Source: Oscillospiraceae bacterium (lineage in GTDB: Bacteria > Bacillota > Clostridia > Oscillospirales > Butyricicoccaceae). From it: 64,000 nucleotides of DNA. The notes below the pieces were generated by a model. It was not told the origin of the DNA and did no database searches. It was given only the letters and a program-made list of their open reading frames with translations. A program made the translations under genes and the position numbers. The stretch covers positions 134-64,133 of the forward strand of contig SVKW01000001.1 of assembly GCA_015068285.1 (NCBI GenBank). The letters run 5' to 3'. The number at the start of each line of letters is the position of its first letter. Position 1 is the stretch's first letter. Shown here one piece after another: positions 9,018 to 17,402 of this stretch.

Positions 9018-10042
9018 AATTCGATACCGTGTTCGCCGTCTTCTACATGGCCGATTACATAAGCATCTTCGCCGTTTGCCTTGAGAATTTCGAGAGCCTT
9101 TTCCACGTCTTCCTTAGCTACGATTGTGATCATACCAACGCCCATGTTGAATGTGGAGAACATATCAGGCATTGGGATGCCGCCGCGTTCTGCGATGAGC
9201 TTGAAGATTGGGAGAATGCGTACGGAATCCTGCTGGATAACAGCCTTCTTGCCCTTTGGAAGAGCTCTTGGAATGTTTTCATAGAAGCCGCCGCCTGTGA
9301 TGTGAGCGATGCTCTTAACCTTGATTTCATCGAGGAGAGCAAGAACTGGCTTTACATAAATCTTTGTAGGTGTGATGAGAGCTTCGCCAAGTGTCTTGCC
9401 GAGAGATTCTTCATACTTGTTGAGGTCTGCGTTTTCAACGTCAAATACCTTACGAACGAGGGAGAAGCCGTTGGAATGAACGCCGCTGGATGGGATAGCG
9501 ATAAGAACGTCGCCTGCGTTTACGTTATCGTTAGAGAGAATGTTCTTCTTGTCAACGATACCGACAGCAAAGCCTGCGAGGTCATATTCTTCTTCCTTCA
9601 TGAGACCAGGATGTTCAGCTGTTTCACCGCCGATGAGAGCGCAGCCTGCCTGTACACAGCCTTCTGCAACGCCAGAAACGAGAGCAGCTACCTTTTCAGG
9701 ATAGTTCTTGCCGATTGCGATGTAGTCGAGGAAGAAAAGTGGCTTTGCGCCGCCGCAGATAATGTCGTTTACGCACATAGCAACACAGTCGATGCCGAGA
9801 GTGTCATGCTTGTCCATAAGATAACCGAGCTTTACCTTTGTGCCGCAGCCGTCTGTGCCCGAAACGAGAACTGGTTCCTCATAGCCTGTCGGGAGAGCGA
9901 TGAGACCGCCGAAGCCGCCGAGACCGGAGAGAACGTGCTCTGTCATTGTGCGTGCAACGCTTGCCTTCATGAGTTCAACAGCCTTGTAGCCCGCTGTTAC
10001 GTCAACGCCCGCTGCCTTGTAGCTATCGCTGAAATTTTTCAT
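9011..10042 (-). CDS. purM: Phosphoribosylformylglycinamidine cyclo-ligase (AIR synthase)
   Basis: ...SGTDGCGTKVKL... PurM family. ATG at 10040-10042 preceded by AAAGGTGA; the track start at 10051 is a GTG. Confidence 0.95.
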   Translation of the reverse strand: MKNFSDSYKAAGVDVTAGYKAVELMKASVARTMTEHVLSGLGGFGGLIALPTGYEEPVLVSGTDGCGTKVKLGYLMDKHDTLGIDCVAMCVNDIICGGAKPLFFLDYIAIGKNYPEKVAALVSGVAEGCVQAGCALIGGETAEHPGLMKEEEYDLAGFAVGIVDKKNILSNDNVNAGDVLIAIPSSGVHSNGFSLVRKVFDVENADLNKYEESLGKTLGEALITPTKIYVKPVLALLDEIKVKSIAHITGGGFYENIPRALPKGKKAVIQQDSVRILPIFKLIAERGGIPMPDMFSTFNMGVGMITIVAKEDVEKALEILKANGEDAYVIGHVEDGEHGIELC

Positions 10043-10104
10043 AGTGATCACCTTTATAGTTAAATATTTTTGTTTTCCTGTAAGGGGAAGAATGTGTATT
10101 GTTC

Positions 10105-10213
10105 ACTTTTACCTCTCAGTCACACTTCGTGTGCCAGCTCTCCTGAAACAGGAGAGCCTTTTGCCTCTCCTTTTCCAAAGGAGAGGTGTCTGCCTTCCGG
10201 CAGACGGAGAGGT
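10105..10213. repeat. REP/BIME-like hairpin mosaic between purM and purF
   Basis: ttacctctcagtcac-acttcg-tgtgccagctctcc-tgaaaca-ggagag, compared with 49425-49470. Followed by cctctcc-ttttccaa-aggagagg and ctgcc-ttcc-ggcag. Confidence 0.8.
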
Positions 10214-10226
10214 TTGTTATAATATA

Positions 10227-11696
10227 TTAGATATCGAGCTTTTCGTCGAACTTATCCTTCATGTGAGCCTTTTCAACGCTGATAGGATATTCGCCTGTGA
10301 AGCAGCCGAGGCAGAAGCCCTTTGCCTTGCAGCCCTTGGCTACGCACTTTGCATCTTCGATATTGAGGAAGCCGAGAGAGTCAGCACCGATTGACTCACG
10401 CATTTCTTCCATAGACATACGGCAGGCAATAAGATTCTTCTTATTGTCGATATCTGTACCGAAGTAACATTCATTGATGAATGGAGGGGAGGAAAGGCGG
10501 AGATGGATTTCCTTTGCGCCTGCTTCTCTGAGAAGCTTTACGATACGGGCAGATGTTGTACCTCTTACAATAGAGTCATCAACGAGAACAACGCGCTTGC
10601 CTCTTACTGTGTCAGCGATTGGGTTAAGCTTGATCTTAACAGAGTTTTCACGCTGGGACTGGAGAGGCTGGATAAATGTTCTGCCTATGTATCTGTTCTT
10701 GAGAAGACCTACGCCGTAAGGGATGCCCGATTCTTCTGCATAACCCATAGCTGCATCAAGACCGGAGTCAGGAACACCGCAGACGATGTCAGCATCAACA
10801 GGGTGGGATTTTGCGAGGAAGCGGCCTGCCTGCTTTCTTGCTTCGTGAACGCTTGCGCCTTCGATTACAGAGTCAGGACGTGCAAAGTATACATATTCAA
10901 ATACGCAGAGACCGTCTGCAGGGCCGGAGCTCTTCTTGTATACCTTGAGTTCACCGTCTACAACTTCAACGATTTCGCCAGGCTCAACATCACGGAGGAA
11001 CTTTGCGCCGACAGAGTCGAGAGCGCAGGTTTCGGATGCGAATACATAGCCGCCCTTAAGTGTACCGATGCAGAGAGGACGGAAGCCGTGAGGGTCACGG
11101 GCTGCGATCATCTTTCTTGGGGACATGATAAGGAGGGAGTAGGAGCCTTCAAGCTTTTCCATAGCTCTTTCGATAGCTTCTTCGATAGAGGAAGCTGTGA
11201 GACGTTCCTTTGCGATGAGATAGGAGATAACTTCTGTGTCGTTTGTTGTGTGGAAAATAACGCCCTGATTTCTCAGTTCTTCACGGATCTCAACGCCGTT
11301 TACGAGATTACCGTTGTGAGCGAGAACGAGAGTACCTTTAGCGTGTCTTACAACGAGAGGCTGTGCGTTTACAGGGCTGGACTGTTCCTTCGGAGCATAT
11401 CTTACATGGCCGATAGCCATCTGGCCGAGAGGGAACTTTTCCATTACATCGAGTGTGAAAACTTCAGGAACAAGGCCGACATCCTTTACAGTTGTCATAA
11501 CACCGCGGTCGTTAACGCAGATACCGCAGGATTCCTGACCTCTGTGCTGGAGAGCATAAAGACCGAACTGAGTTTCACCTGCTACGTTGACGTCAGAGCC
11601 CGGCACTGTTGTGATGCCGAAAACACCGCACTCGTCATGGATGACGTCTTTTTCGAGTTCAAATTCTTCTTCTGTGAAAATATTGCTTGTAATCAT
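10227..11696 (-). CDS. purF: Amidophosphoribosyltransferase
   Basis: Propeptide then the CGVFGI Ntn nucleophile; PRTase motif VVLVDDSIVRGTT. ATG at 11694-11696 preceded by AGAAGG. Confidence 0.95.
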   Translation of the reverse strand: MITSNIFTEEEFELEKDVIHDECGVFGITTVPGSDVNVAGETQFGLYALQHRGQESCGICVNDRGVMTTVKDVGLVPEVFTLDVMEKFPLGQMAIGHVRYAPKEQSSPVNAQPLVVRHAKGTLVLAHNGNLVNGVEIREELRNQGVIFHTTNDTEVISYLIAKERLTASSIEEAIERAMEKLEGSYSLLIMSPRKMIAARDPHGFRPLCIGTLKGGYVFASETCALDSVGAKFLRDVEPGEIVEVVDGELKVYKKSSGPADGLCVFEYVYFARPDSVIEGASVHEARKQAGRFLAKSHPVDADIVCGVPDSGLDAAMGYAEESGIPYGVGLLKNRYIGRTFIQPLQSQRENSVKIKLNPIADTVRGKRVVLVDDSIVRGTTSARIVKLLREAGAKEIHLRLSSPPFINECYFGTDIDNKKNLIACRMSMEEMRESIGADSLGFLNIEDAKCVAKGCKAKGFCLGCFTGEYPISVEKAHMKDKFDEKLDI

Positions 11697-11754
11697 AATT
11701 ATACCTTCTTTCACATTTACGGATTTGTATATTTAATTTATTTTATTAACTTAT

Positions 11755-12453
11755 TTATTTGCCGATAAGGCGGTAATATGTTTCCTCTAAAATATCCACA
11801 TCATCAGTATTCCTTCTGAAACGGTCTTTATCCAGCTTTTCGCCCGTCTTGCTGTCCCAAAGACGGCAGCTTTCAGGAGAAATCTCGTCGGCAAGGAATA
11901 TATTTCCGTCCTCGTCCTTGCCAAATTCCAGCTTGCAGTCGACAAGTGTGATGCCGATATTTTCCATATAGCCGGAAAGAATCTCATTGACCCTGAGGGC
12001 TGTTTTTTCCATGTACTCCAGCTCGCTTTCCGAGCAGATAGCCATGGCCGCGATGTGGTATTTATTTACATAAGGGTCGCCCAGCCGTTCATCCTTATAG
12101 GAAAACTCAAGGATGGTGCGGCTCAGCTTTTTGCCCTCTGCAAAGCCGAAACGCTTGACCAGCGAGCCTGCCGCCACATTTCTTATGATTATTTCAATCG
12201 GGAAAATACGGAGCTTTCTTATAATCGTTTCGTTGTCGGATACTTCTCTTATATAATGTGTGGCAATGCCCTTTTCTTCCAGCAGACGCATAAAGTGATT
12301 TGTCACCTTATTATTTATCATACCCTCTGAATATCTGCGTTCAATGCCGAAAACAGGCACATCGTCCTTATATTCTATAAGATACTCACTCTCATTTTCC
12401 GTCTTGAATATCCTTTTATACTTTCCTTCGTAGATCTGACCGAGCTTATCCAT
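11755..12453 (-). CDS. purC: SAICAR synthetase
   Basis: 232-aa ORF in the PurC family, in operon context. Confidence 0.93.
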   Translation of the reverse strand: MDKLGQIYEGKYKRIFKTENESEYLIEYKDDVPVFGIERRYSEGMINNKVTNHFMRLLEEKGIATHYIREVSDNETIIRKLRIFPIEIIIRNVAAGSLVKRFGFAEGKKLSRTILEFSYKDERLGDPYVNKYHIAAMAICSESELEYMEKTALRVNEILSGYMENIGITLVDCKLEFGKDEDGNIFLADEISPESCRLWDSKTGEKLDKDRFRRNTDDVDILEETYYRLIGK

Positions 12454-12456
12454 AAT

Positions 12457-12954
12457 TTACTGAATACCTTCTGCCTGAAGCTTCTTGTCCTTTGCGATGA
12501 CAGTATTTGTCATGTCTTCCTTCATTGTGTCCAGCTTCTTTGCAAGATCTTCTTCGTAAACGCCGAGAATCTGTGCAGAGAGGATAGCTGCGTTTTCAGC
12601 GCCGTCGATAGCTACTGTAGCTACAGGAACGCCGGAAGGCATCTGAACTGTGGAAAGGAGAGCGTCAAGACCGTCAAGAGTAGAGGACTTGATCGGAACG
12701 CCGATGACAGGGAGTGTTGTGTGCGCCGCGAGAACGCCTGCAAGGTGAGCCGCCTTGCCTGCCGCTGCAACGATTGTACCGAAGCCGTTAGCCTTTGCAT
12801 TGGATGCAAAATCGCAGGCTTCCTTTGGTGTTCTGTGAGCAGACATGATTCTCATTTCCCATTCGATGCCAAAGGAGTCGAGCTTCTTTGCGCACTTCTT
12901 CATGATTTCGAGATCGCTGTCACTGCCCATTACGATAGCAACTTTTTTACCCAT
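12457..12954 (-). CDS. purE: N5-CAIR mutase
   Basis: MGKKVAIVMGSDSD... ATG at 12952-12954 preceded by GGAGG. Confidence 0.95.
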   Translation of the reverse strand: MGKKVAIVMGSDSDLEIMKKCAKKLDSFGIEWEMRIMSAHRTPKEACDFASNAKANGFGTIVAAAGKAAHLAGVLAAHTTLPVIGVPIKSSTLDGLDALLSTVQMPSGVPVATVAIDGAENAAILSAQILGVYEEDLAKKLDTMKEDMTNTVIAKDKKLQAEGIQ

Positions 12955-13040
12955 TTTGAACCTCCGTATATAATTGAAATTTTCTTCATAAAACACAGTT
13001 ACTTGTGAGCATTGCGCCCACAAGTAGCCGAGAAAAACAC

Positions 13041-14309
13041 TTATTTATTTTTCATAATATCGAGAATATACTTCTCTGTAAGCTCCATACCAGGAGAGGA
13101 GATATAAGCCATATTCTGCATTGTCTTTTCAGGTGTATTGCCCAGGATAGCGTGAACATTTTCAATGCTTACGCCCTTGAGAGCAAACTGAGCAGACTTG
13201 ATTGCAGAGCCGATACCTGCGAGAGCCTTCATGATACAGCCCGGGTTGCCGCCGTGGCAGATCATGCCGACAACGGAAGCCGCCATATTGTCGATAGTCT
13301 GGCAGAGCTGGTCAAAATTACCGCCGAGAAGGTGGCAGATAGCAACTGCAGAGCCTGTGCCGCCTGCAACTGCGCAGCCGCAGAGAGCGGAAAGCTTGCC
13401 GGAATAGGACTTGATATACATTGTTGTAAGGCAGGAAAGCATACCTGCACGCACGATTTCTTCATCTGTCTTGCCGAATGCCTTACCGATGGAGAATACA
13501 GGCATCATAGCGAGAATACCGTGAGAACCGGAGCCTGTAAGGCTCATTGCAGGCTTTGCAGCACCGGAAAGGCGAGCTTCGATAGCGCCGCAGGATGCGA
13601 TTTCAGCGTTCTTCTGCCAGTCGTCGGAAACTCTCTTGCCCGAGTTGTTTTCGATGAGGATCTTTGTCATTGGCACAACGTCCATTTCGATGCCTTCGTC
13701 AAGCAAGGCTGTGTCCATAAGGAATGCTTCCTGAAGGAACATCATTTCTTCGATAGGACCGTTCATGCAGTAGTCATATATTTCTCTGAAAGTATAGTTA
13801 TTTACGCAGTCATCAGCCGCTGCAGCCGCTGCAGCTTCTTCGTTATTCTGGAAGATAACTTCGCCGTCCTTCTTCATTTCAACGATGTTTGTATGGCTGT
13901 TCTTTACTGTGACTTCGCCGACGCCCTTGTCTGTTGTGACCTTGGCGTAGATATAGATCTTGGAATCAATGCCCGAAAGGTCTGTCTTTACCTTGCCGTC
14001 ATTGAGAAGCTGGCGAGCCATGACCATGTCTTCTTCCTTGATATCTTCGATAACGAGAAGACCCTTTGTGCTGTCGCCTGCTACTGCGCCGAGAGCTGCA
14101 GCAAAGTCCTTGCCCATATCAGGTGTGCCAGGGATAGGACATGTGAGAGCGTTTTTATAGATACCGGAGTTAAGACTCATTTCAACACTGAGGACCTTGC
14201 CCGGAACGATGTCTCTTGCTTTTGCACAAGCGTAGGCGATAGCGCCCGGTTCTGTGCAGCCGAAAGCCGGCTTGATGTCATTCTTAACGAAAAGCGCTAA
14301 GTTTTTCAT
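13041..14309 (-). CDS. UPF0597 / serine dehydratase alpha-like protein (L-cysteine desulfidase family)
   Basis: 422 aa with N-terminus ...KPAFGCTEPGAIAYA..., typical of this family. Confidence 0.8.
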   Translation of the reverse strand: MKNLALFVKNDIKPAFGCTEPGAIAYACAKARDIVPGKVLSVEMSLNSGIYKNALTCPIPGTPDMGKDFAAALGAVAGDSTKGLLVIEDIKEEDMVMARQLLNDGKVKTDLSGIDSKIYIYAKVTTDKGVGEVTVKNSHTNIVEMKKDGEVIFQNNEEAAAAAAADDCVNNYTFREIYDYCMNGPIEEMMFLQEAFLMDTALLDEGIEMDVVPMTKILIENNSGKRVSDDWQKNAEIASCGAIEARLSGAAKPAMSLTGSGSHGILAMMPVFSIGKAFGKTDEEIVRAGMLSCLTTMYIKSYSGKLSALCGCAVAGGTGSAVAICHLLGGNFDQLCQTIDNMAASVVGMICHGGNPGCIMKALAGIGSAIKSAQFALKGVSIENVHAILGNTPEKTMQNMAYISSPGMELTEKYILDIMKNK

Positions 14310-14581
14310 AACTTTACCCCACTTAAATTAAAAATATTTTTACCATTATATTATACATTAAAACTTTCCTGTTTTCAAGTCAAAAATAGCACTTTTTTGC
14401 AATTTTTTCGTCAAAAATGGCACCTATACGATTTTGGAGAACTTTCGGACGGCAGGTCTTCCGCCCTGTTTGTTCCAAAAAGTAAAGATGCATTGCTTTA
14501 CACCCTCCCATTTCATTTGTCAAGTAGAAAATTGCCCTGAAAATTTGTATATATTGCCATGCCTGTTTGTTGTCATTTCAC

Positions 14582-14610
14582 TTGACATTTTCATCATAAA
14601 CCTCTACAAT
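14582..14610 (+). promoter_or_regulatory. Sigma-A type promoter of nrdJ
   Basis: TTGACA (14582-14587), 17-nt spacer, TACAAT (14605-14610). Confidence 0.65.
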
Positions 14611-14682
14611 ATATAGTGCAGACAGGAAATGAAATTACAATATTTTGTTTTCGTTTCAGGCAAGAAACAATAGATATTGTGG
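14604..14682 (+). promoter_or_regulatory. Three phased NrdR boxes
   Basis: ctacaatatatagtgc (14604-14619), ttacaatattttgttt (14635-14650) and acaatagatattgtgg (14667-14682), compared with the consensus acaCwAtATaTwGtgt. Centres are 31 and 32 bp apart. Box 1 overlaps the -10 element. Confidence 0.7.
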
Positions 14683-14701
14683 CACGACAATTATTTAATC
14701 A

Positions 14702-14778
14702 GTGACGAAGTCACACCTTAATGCACCACAGGTGCAATTCATGAGCGTCAGCTCAATTCATGCCGTAAGGCAATTCAT
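14702..14778 (+). repeat. Tandem mini-hairpin array in the nrdJ 5' UTR
   Basis: gtgac-gaa-gtcac ACCTTAAT gcacc-aca-ggtgc AATTCAT gagc-gtca-gctc AATTCAT gcc-gtaa-ggc AATTCAT. Confidence 0.8.
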
Positions 14779-14836
14779 TCTGAAATATTAACTTATAGTT
14801 TTCACTTCACGACTCACACATACAAAAGGAGATATT

Positions 14837-17110
14837 ATGAACATTGGAAACAGCGGTCTTTCCGTTTTGAAAAAGCGTTATCTCATCAAGGACGAGCAGG
14901 GCAACCCAACTGAAAATGTCGAGGATATGTTCAACCGTGTTGCCGACACTATCGCTTCTGCCGATGAAAAATACGGCGGCGATGTGAAGGCATCATCAAA
15001 GACATTCTACGACATGATGACAGACATGGAGTTTTTGCCTAACTCCCCTACTCTTATGAATGCCGGCAGAATGCTCGGTCAGCTTTCAGCCTGCTTTGTG
15101 CTTCCTGTTGACGACAGCATGGAAGATATTTTTGAAGCTATCAAGAATGCCGCTCTTATCCATAAGTCGGGCGGCGGCACAGGCTTCTCTTTCACACGTC
15201 TCCGTCAGAAGGGTGCGCCTGTAAACTCCACAGGCGGTGTGGCATCCGGCCCTGTCACATTTATGAAGGTTTTCAACTCTGCAACCGAGGCTGTCAAGCA
15301 GGGCGGCACACGCAGAGGCGCAAATATGGGTATGCTCCAGATAGACCATCCTGACATTCTGGAATTCATCGACTGCAAGGCAGACGGAAGCGAAATCACA
15401 AACTTCAATATTTCTGTCGCAGTTACGGAAAAGTTTATGGAAGCGGCTCTCAGGGGCGAAAATTATGACCTTATCGACCCTCGCACAGGCGAAGCTGTAG
15501 CACAGCTCAATGCAAAGGAAGTATTTGACAAGATTGTCACAGCGGCTCACAACAACGGCGAGCCGGGCATCGTATTCATCGACCGCTTAAACCGCGACAA
15601 TGTTGTGCCGAATCAGGGCAAAATCGAGGCTACAAATCCTTGCGGCGAGCAGCCACTCCTCCCTTACGAAAGCTGTAATTTAGGCTCTATCAACCTTGTT
15701 GCAATGCTCAAGGAAACAGAAAAGGGCTTTGAAGTGGATTTCGAAAAGCTTGAACGCGTCACACGCAACGCTGTCCACTTCCTCGACAATGTAATCGACG
15801 TAAACAACTACCCTCTCCCTGCCATCGACAAGACTACAAAGGACACACGCAAAATCGGTCTCGGCGTAATGGGCTTTGCCGATATGCTTCTCATGCTCGG
15901 CATTCCGTACAATTCCGAAGAAGGCGTTATGATGGCTGAAAAGGTGATGGGCTTTATCAATAACACAGCCAAGGACGAAAGCCGCAGACTTGCCGAAGTA
16001 AGAGGTGCATTCCCTCTCTTTAATGAGAGCATTTATGCAGGCGGCAAGCCGATAAGAAACGGCACAGTTACAACTATCGCCCCGACAGGCACACTTTCCA
16101 TCATTGCAGGCGTTTCCTCCGGTGTTGAGCCTGTTTTCGCATACGTTTTCATCAGAAACGTTATGGACGGCACAGAGTTTATCGAGGTAAATCCTATTCT
16201 CAAGCGTACTCTTGAAAAGCGCGGACTTTATTCCGAAGCTCTTATGAAGAAGATTTCCGAAGAAGGCTCTCTCGCTCACATTGACGAGATTCCTGAGGAT
16301 ATCAAGCGTGTATTTGTCTCTGCTCACGATGTAAGCCCAATCTGGCACATCAGAATGCAGGCGGCTTTCCAGAATAATATTGACAACGCAGTCAGCAAGA
16401 CTGTAAACTTCCAGAGCACTGCCACAAAGGAAGATGTTCAGGAAGTGTATGAGCTGGCTTACAAGCTGGGCTGTAAAGGCGTTACAATTTACCGTGACGG
16501 CAGCCGTATGGGTCAGGTGCTCAATGTGGGCAAGGTCAACAACGGCAAGGAAGAAAACGCTGACGAATCTCTCGTTTACGGCCACATCATGCCTCGTCCT
16601 CGCCCAACTATCACACAGGGCTTTACCGAAAAGGTGAAAATCGGCTGCGGCAACCTTTACATCACAGTAAATTACGATGAAAACGGCATCTGCGAGGTCT
16701 TCACAAGCACAGGCAGACACGGCGGCTGTCCTTCCCAGTCGGAGGCTATCAGCCGACTGACTTCCATCGCTCTCCGCTCGGGCGTTGACATCAAGGAGAT
16801 TCTTGAGCAGCTCCGCGGCATTCGTTGTCCTTCCACAATCCGTCAGCAGGGTATGTGCGTAACAAGCTGTCCTGACGCCATTGCCAAGGCTATCGAAAAG
16901 GTTCTCAAAATGCAGGATTTCGGCAAGAAAACCGAGGTAAAGGCTGAAAAGCCTGCGCCTGCTCCAACACCTGCTCCTGTGCCAAAGCCACAGGCTAAAA
17001 TCGACGAGGACAAGCACAAGATGAAGTTCTGTCCTGAATGCGGCGCAAAAATCGAGCACGCAGGCGGCTGCGTAATCTGCCCTAACTGCGGCTATTCCAA
17101 ATGCGGATAA
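14837..17110 (+). CDS. nrdJ: Class II (adenosylcobalamin-dependent) ribonucleotide reductase
   Basis: 757 aa with the ...ATNPCGEQPL... thiyl-radical loop and a C-terminal zinc ribbon CPECG...CPNCG. RBS AAAGGAG. Confidence 0.92.
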   Translation: MNIGNSGLSVLKKRYLIKDEQGNPTENVEDMFNRVADTIASADEKYGGDVKASSKTFYDMMTDMEFLPNSPTLMNAGRMLGQLSACFVLPVDDSMEDIFEAIKNAALIHKSGGGTGFSFTRLRQKGAPVNSTGGVASGPVTFMKVFNSATEAVKQGGTRRGANMGMLQIDHPDILEFIDCKADGSEITNFNISVAVTEKFMEAALRGENYDLIDPRTGEAVAQLNAKEVFDKIVTAAHNNGEPGIVFIDRLNRDNVVPNQGKIEATNPCGEQPLLPYESCNLGSINLVAMLKETEKGFEVDFEKLERVTRNAVHFLDNVIDVNNYPLPAIDKTTKDTRKIGLGVMGFADMLLMLGIPYNSEEGVMMAEKVMGFINNTAKDESRRLAEVRGAFPLFNESIYAGGKPIRNGTVTTIAPTGTLSIIAGVSSGVEPVFAYVFIRNVMDGTEFIEVNPILKRTLEKRGLYSEALMKKISEEGSLAHIDEIPEDIKRVFVSAHDVSPIWHIRMQAAFQNNIDNAVSKTVNFQSTATKEDVQEVYELAYKLGCKGVTIYRDGSRMGQVLNVGKVNNGKEENADESLVYGHIMPRPRPTITQGFTEKVKIGCGNLYITVNYDENGICEVFTSTGRHGGCPSQSEAISRLTSIALRSGVDIKEILEQLRGIRCPSTIRQQGMCVTSCPDAIAKAIEKVLKMQDFGKKTEVKAEKPAPAPTPAPVPKPQAKIDEDKHKMKFCPECGAKIEHAGGCVICPNCGYSKCG

Positions 17111-17121
17111 GATATAGAAAA

Positions 17122-17149
17122 AGACTTGCCATAACGGCAAGTCTTTTTT
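17122..17149 (+). terminator. nrdJ terminator
   Basis: agacttgcc-ataa-cggcaagtct followed by TTTTT. Confidence 0.75.
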
Positions 17150-17153
17150 ACAC

Positions 17154-17221
17154 GGGACGTCGAGGGCGCCGTCCCCTACAAATAGTATTAAAAGTAGGGG
17201 CGGGTTTCCACGCCCGCCCGC
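17154..17221. repeat. Inverted doublet of GTAG-tailed hairpins (REPIN-like)
   Basis: gggacg-tcgagggcgc-cgtccc-CTACA (17154-17180), a 13-nt spacer, then GTAG-gggcggg-tttccac-gcccgccc (17194-17221) in the opposite orientation. Confidence 0.8.
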
Positions 17222-17336
17222 TTTTTCGACAATTATAAGTAATATCCGTTTGATATATTACCATTTGTAATCATAAATAAAAATATTTTACGAGTTTTGT
17301 CCCATTCCGGCACGGTGAATTGTCTTATATATAAAA

Positions 17337-17361
17337 GGGACATTCGTAAACGTCCCCTACA
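17337..17361. repeat. GTAG-tailed hairpin
   Basis: gggac-attcgtaaa-cgtccc-CTACA. Confidence 0.75.
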
Positions 17362-17402
17362 CAGACAACATAAAAGCCTCCACGATTTGTGGAGGCTTCG
17401 TT

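Noticed and set aside
12955-13040. Purine or ZTP riboswitch, or a PurR box, upstream of purE.
   Set aside because: The 86-nt spacer holds only one hairpin (acttgtg-agcattgcgcc-cacaagt), which fits a terminator for the upstream gene. No conserved riboswitch cores were recognised.
14379-14423. Direct repeat GTCAAAAAT(A/G)GCAC x2, spaced 31 bp apart, between the UPF0597 gene and nrdJ.
   Set aside because: It is probably just overlapping -35/-10-like promoter elements for the minus-strand gene (TTGACG, 17 nt, TGCTATTTT). The evidence is too weak to call a dedicated operator.
14617-14836. Cobalamin riboswitch in the long nrdJ leader (nrdJ is B12-dependent).
   Set aside because: There is no B12-box (GCCACTG-like core) and no extended multi-stem architecture. 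The leader is explained by the NrdR boxes plus the mini-hairpin array.
5938-17140. Other large antisense ORFs: 5938-7383(+), 7687-8394(+), 9029-10063(+), 10503-11768(+), 13005-14300(+), 15680-17140(-).
   Set aside because: Each is fully nested antisense to a confidently identified pur, UPF0597 or nrdJ gene, and shows the same odd Cys-rich composition. None has a plausible start context.
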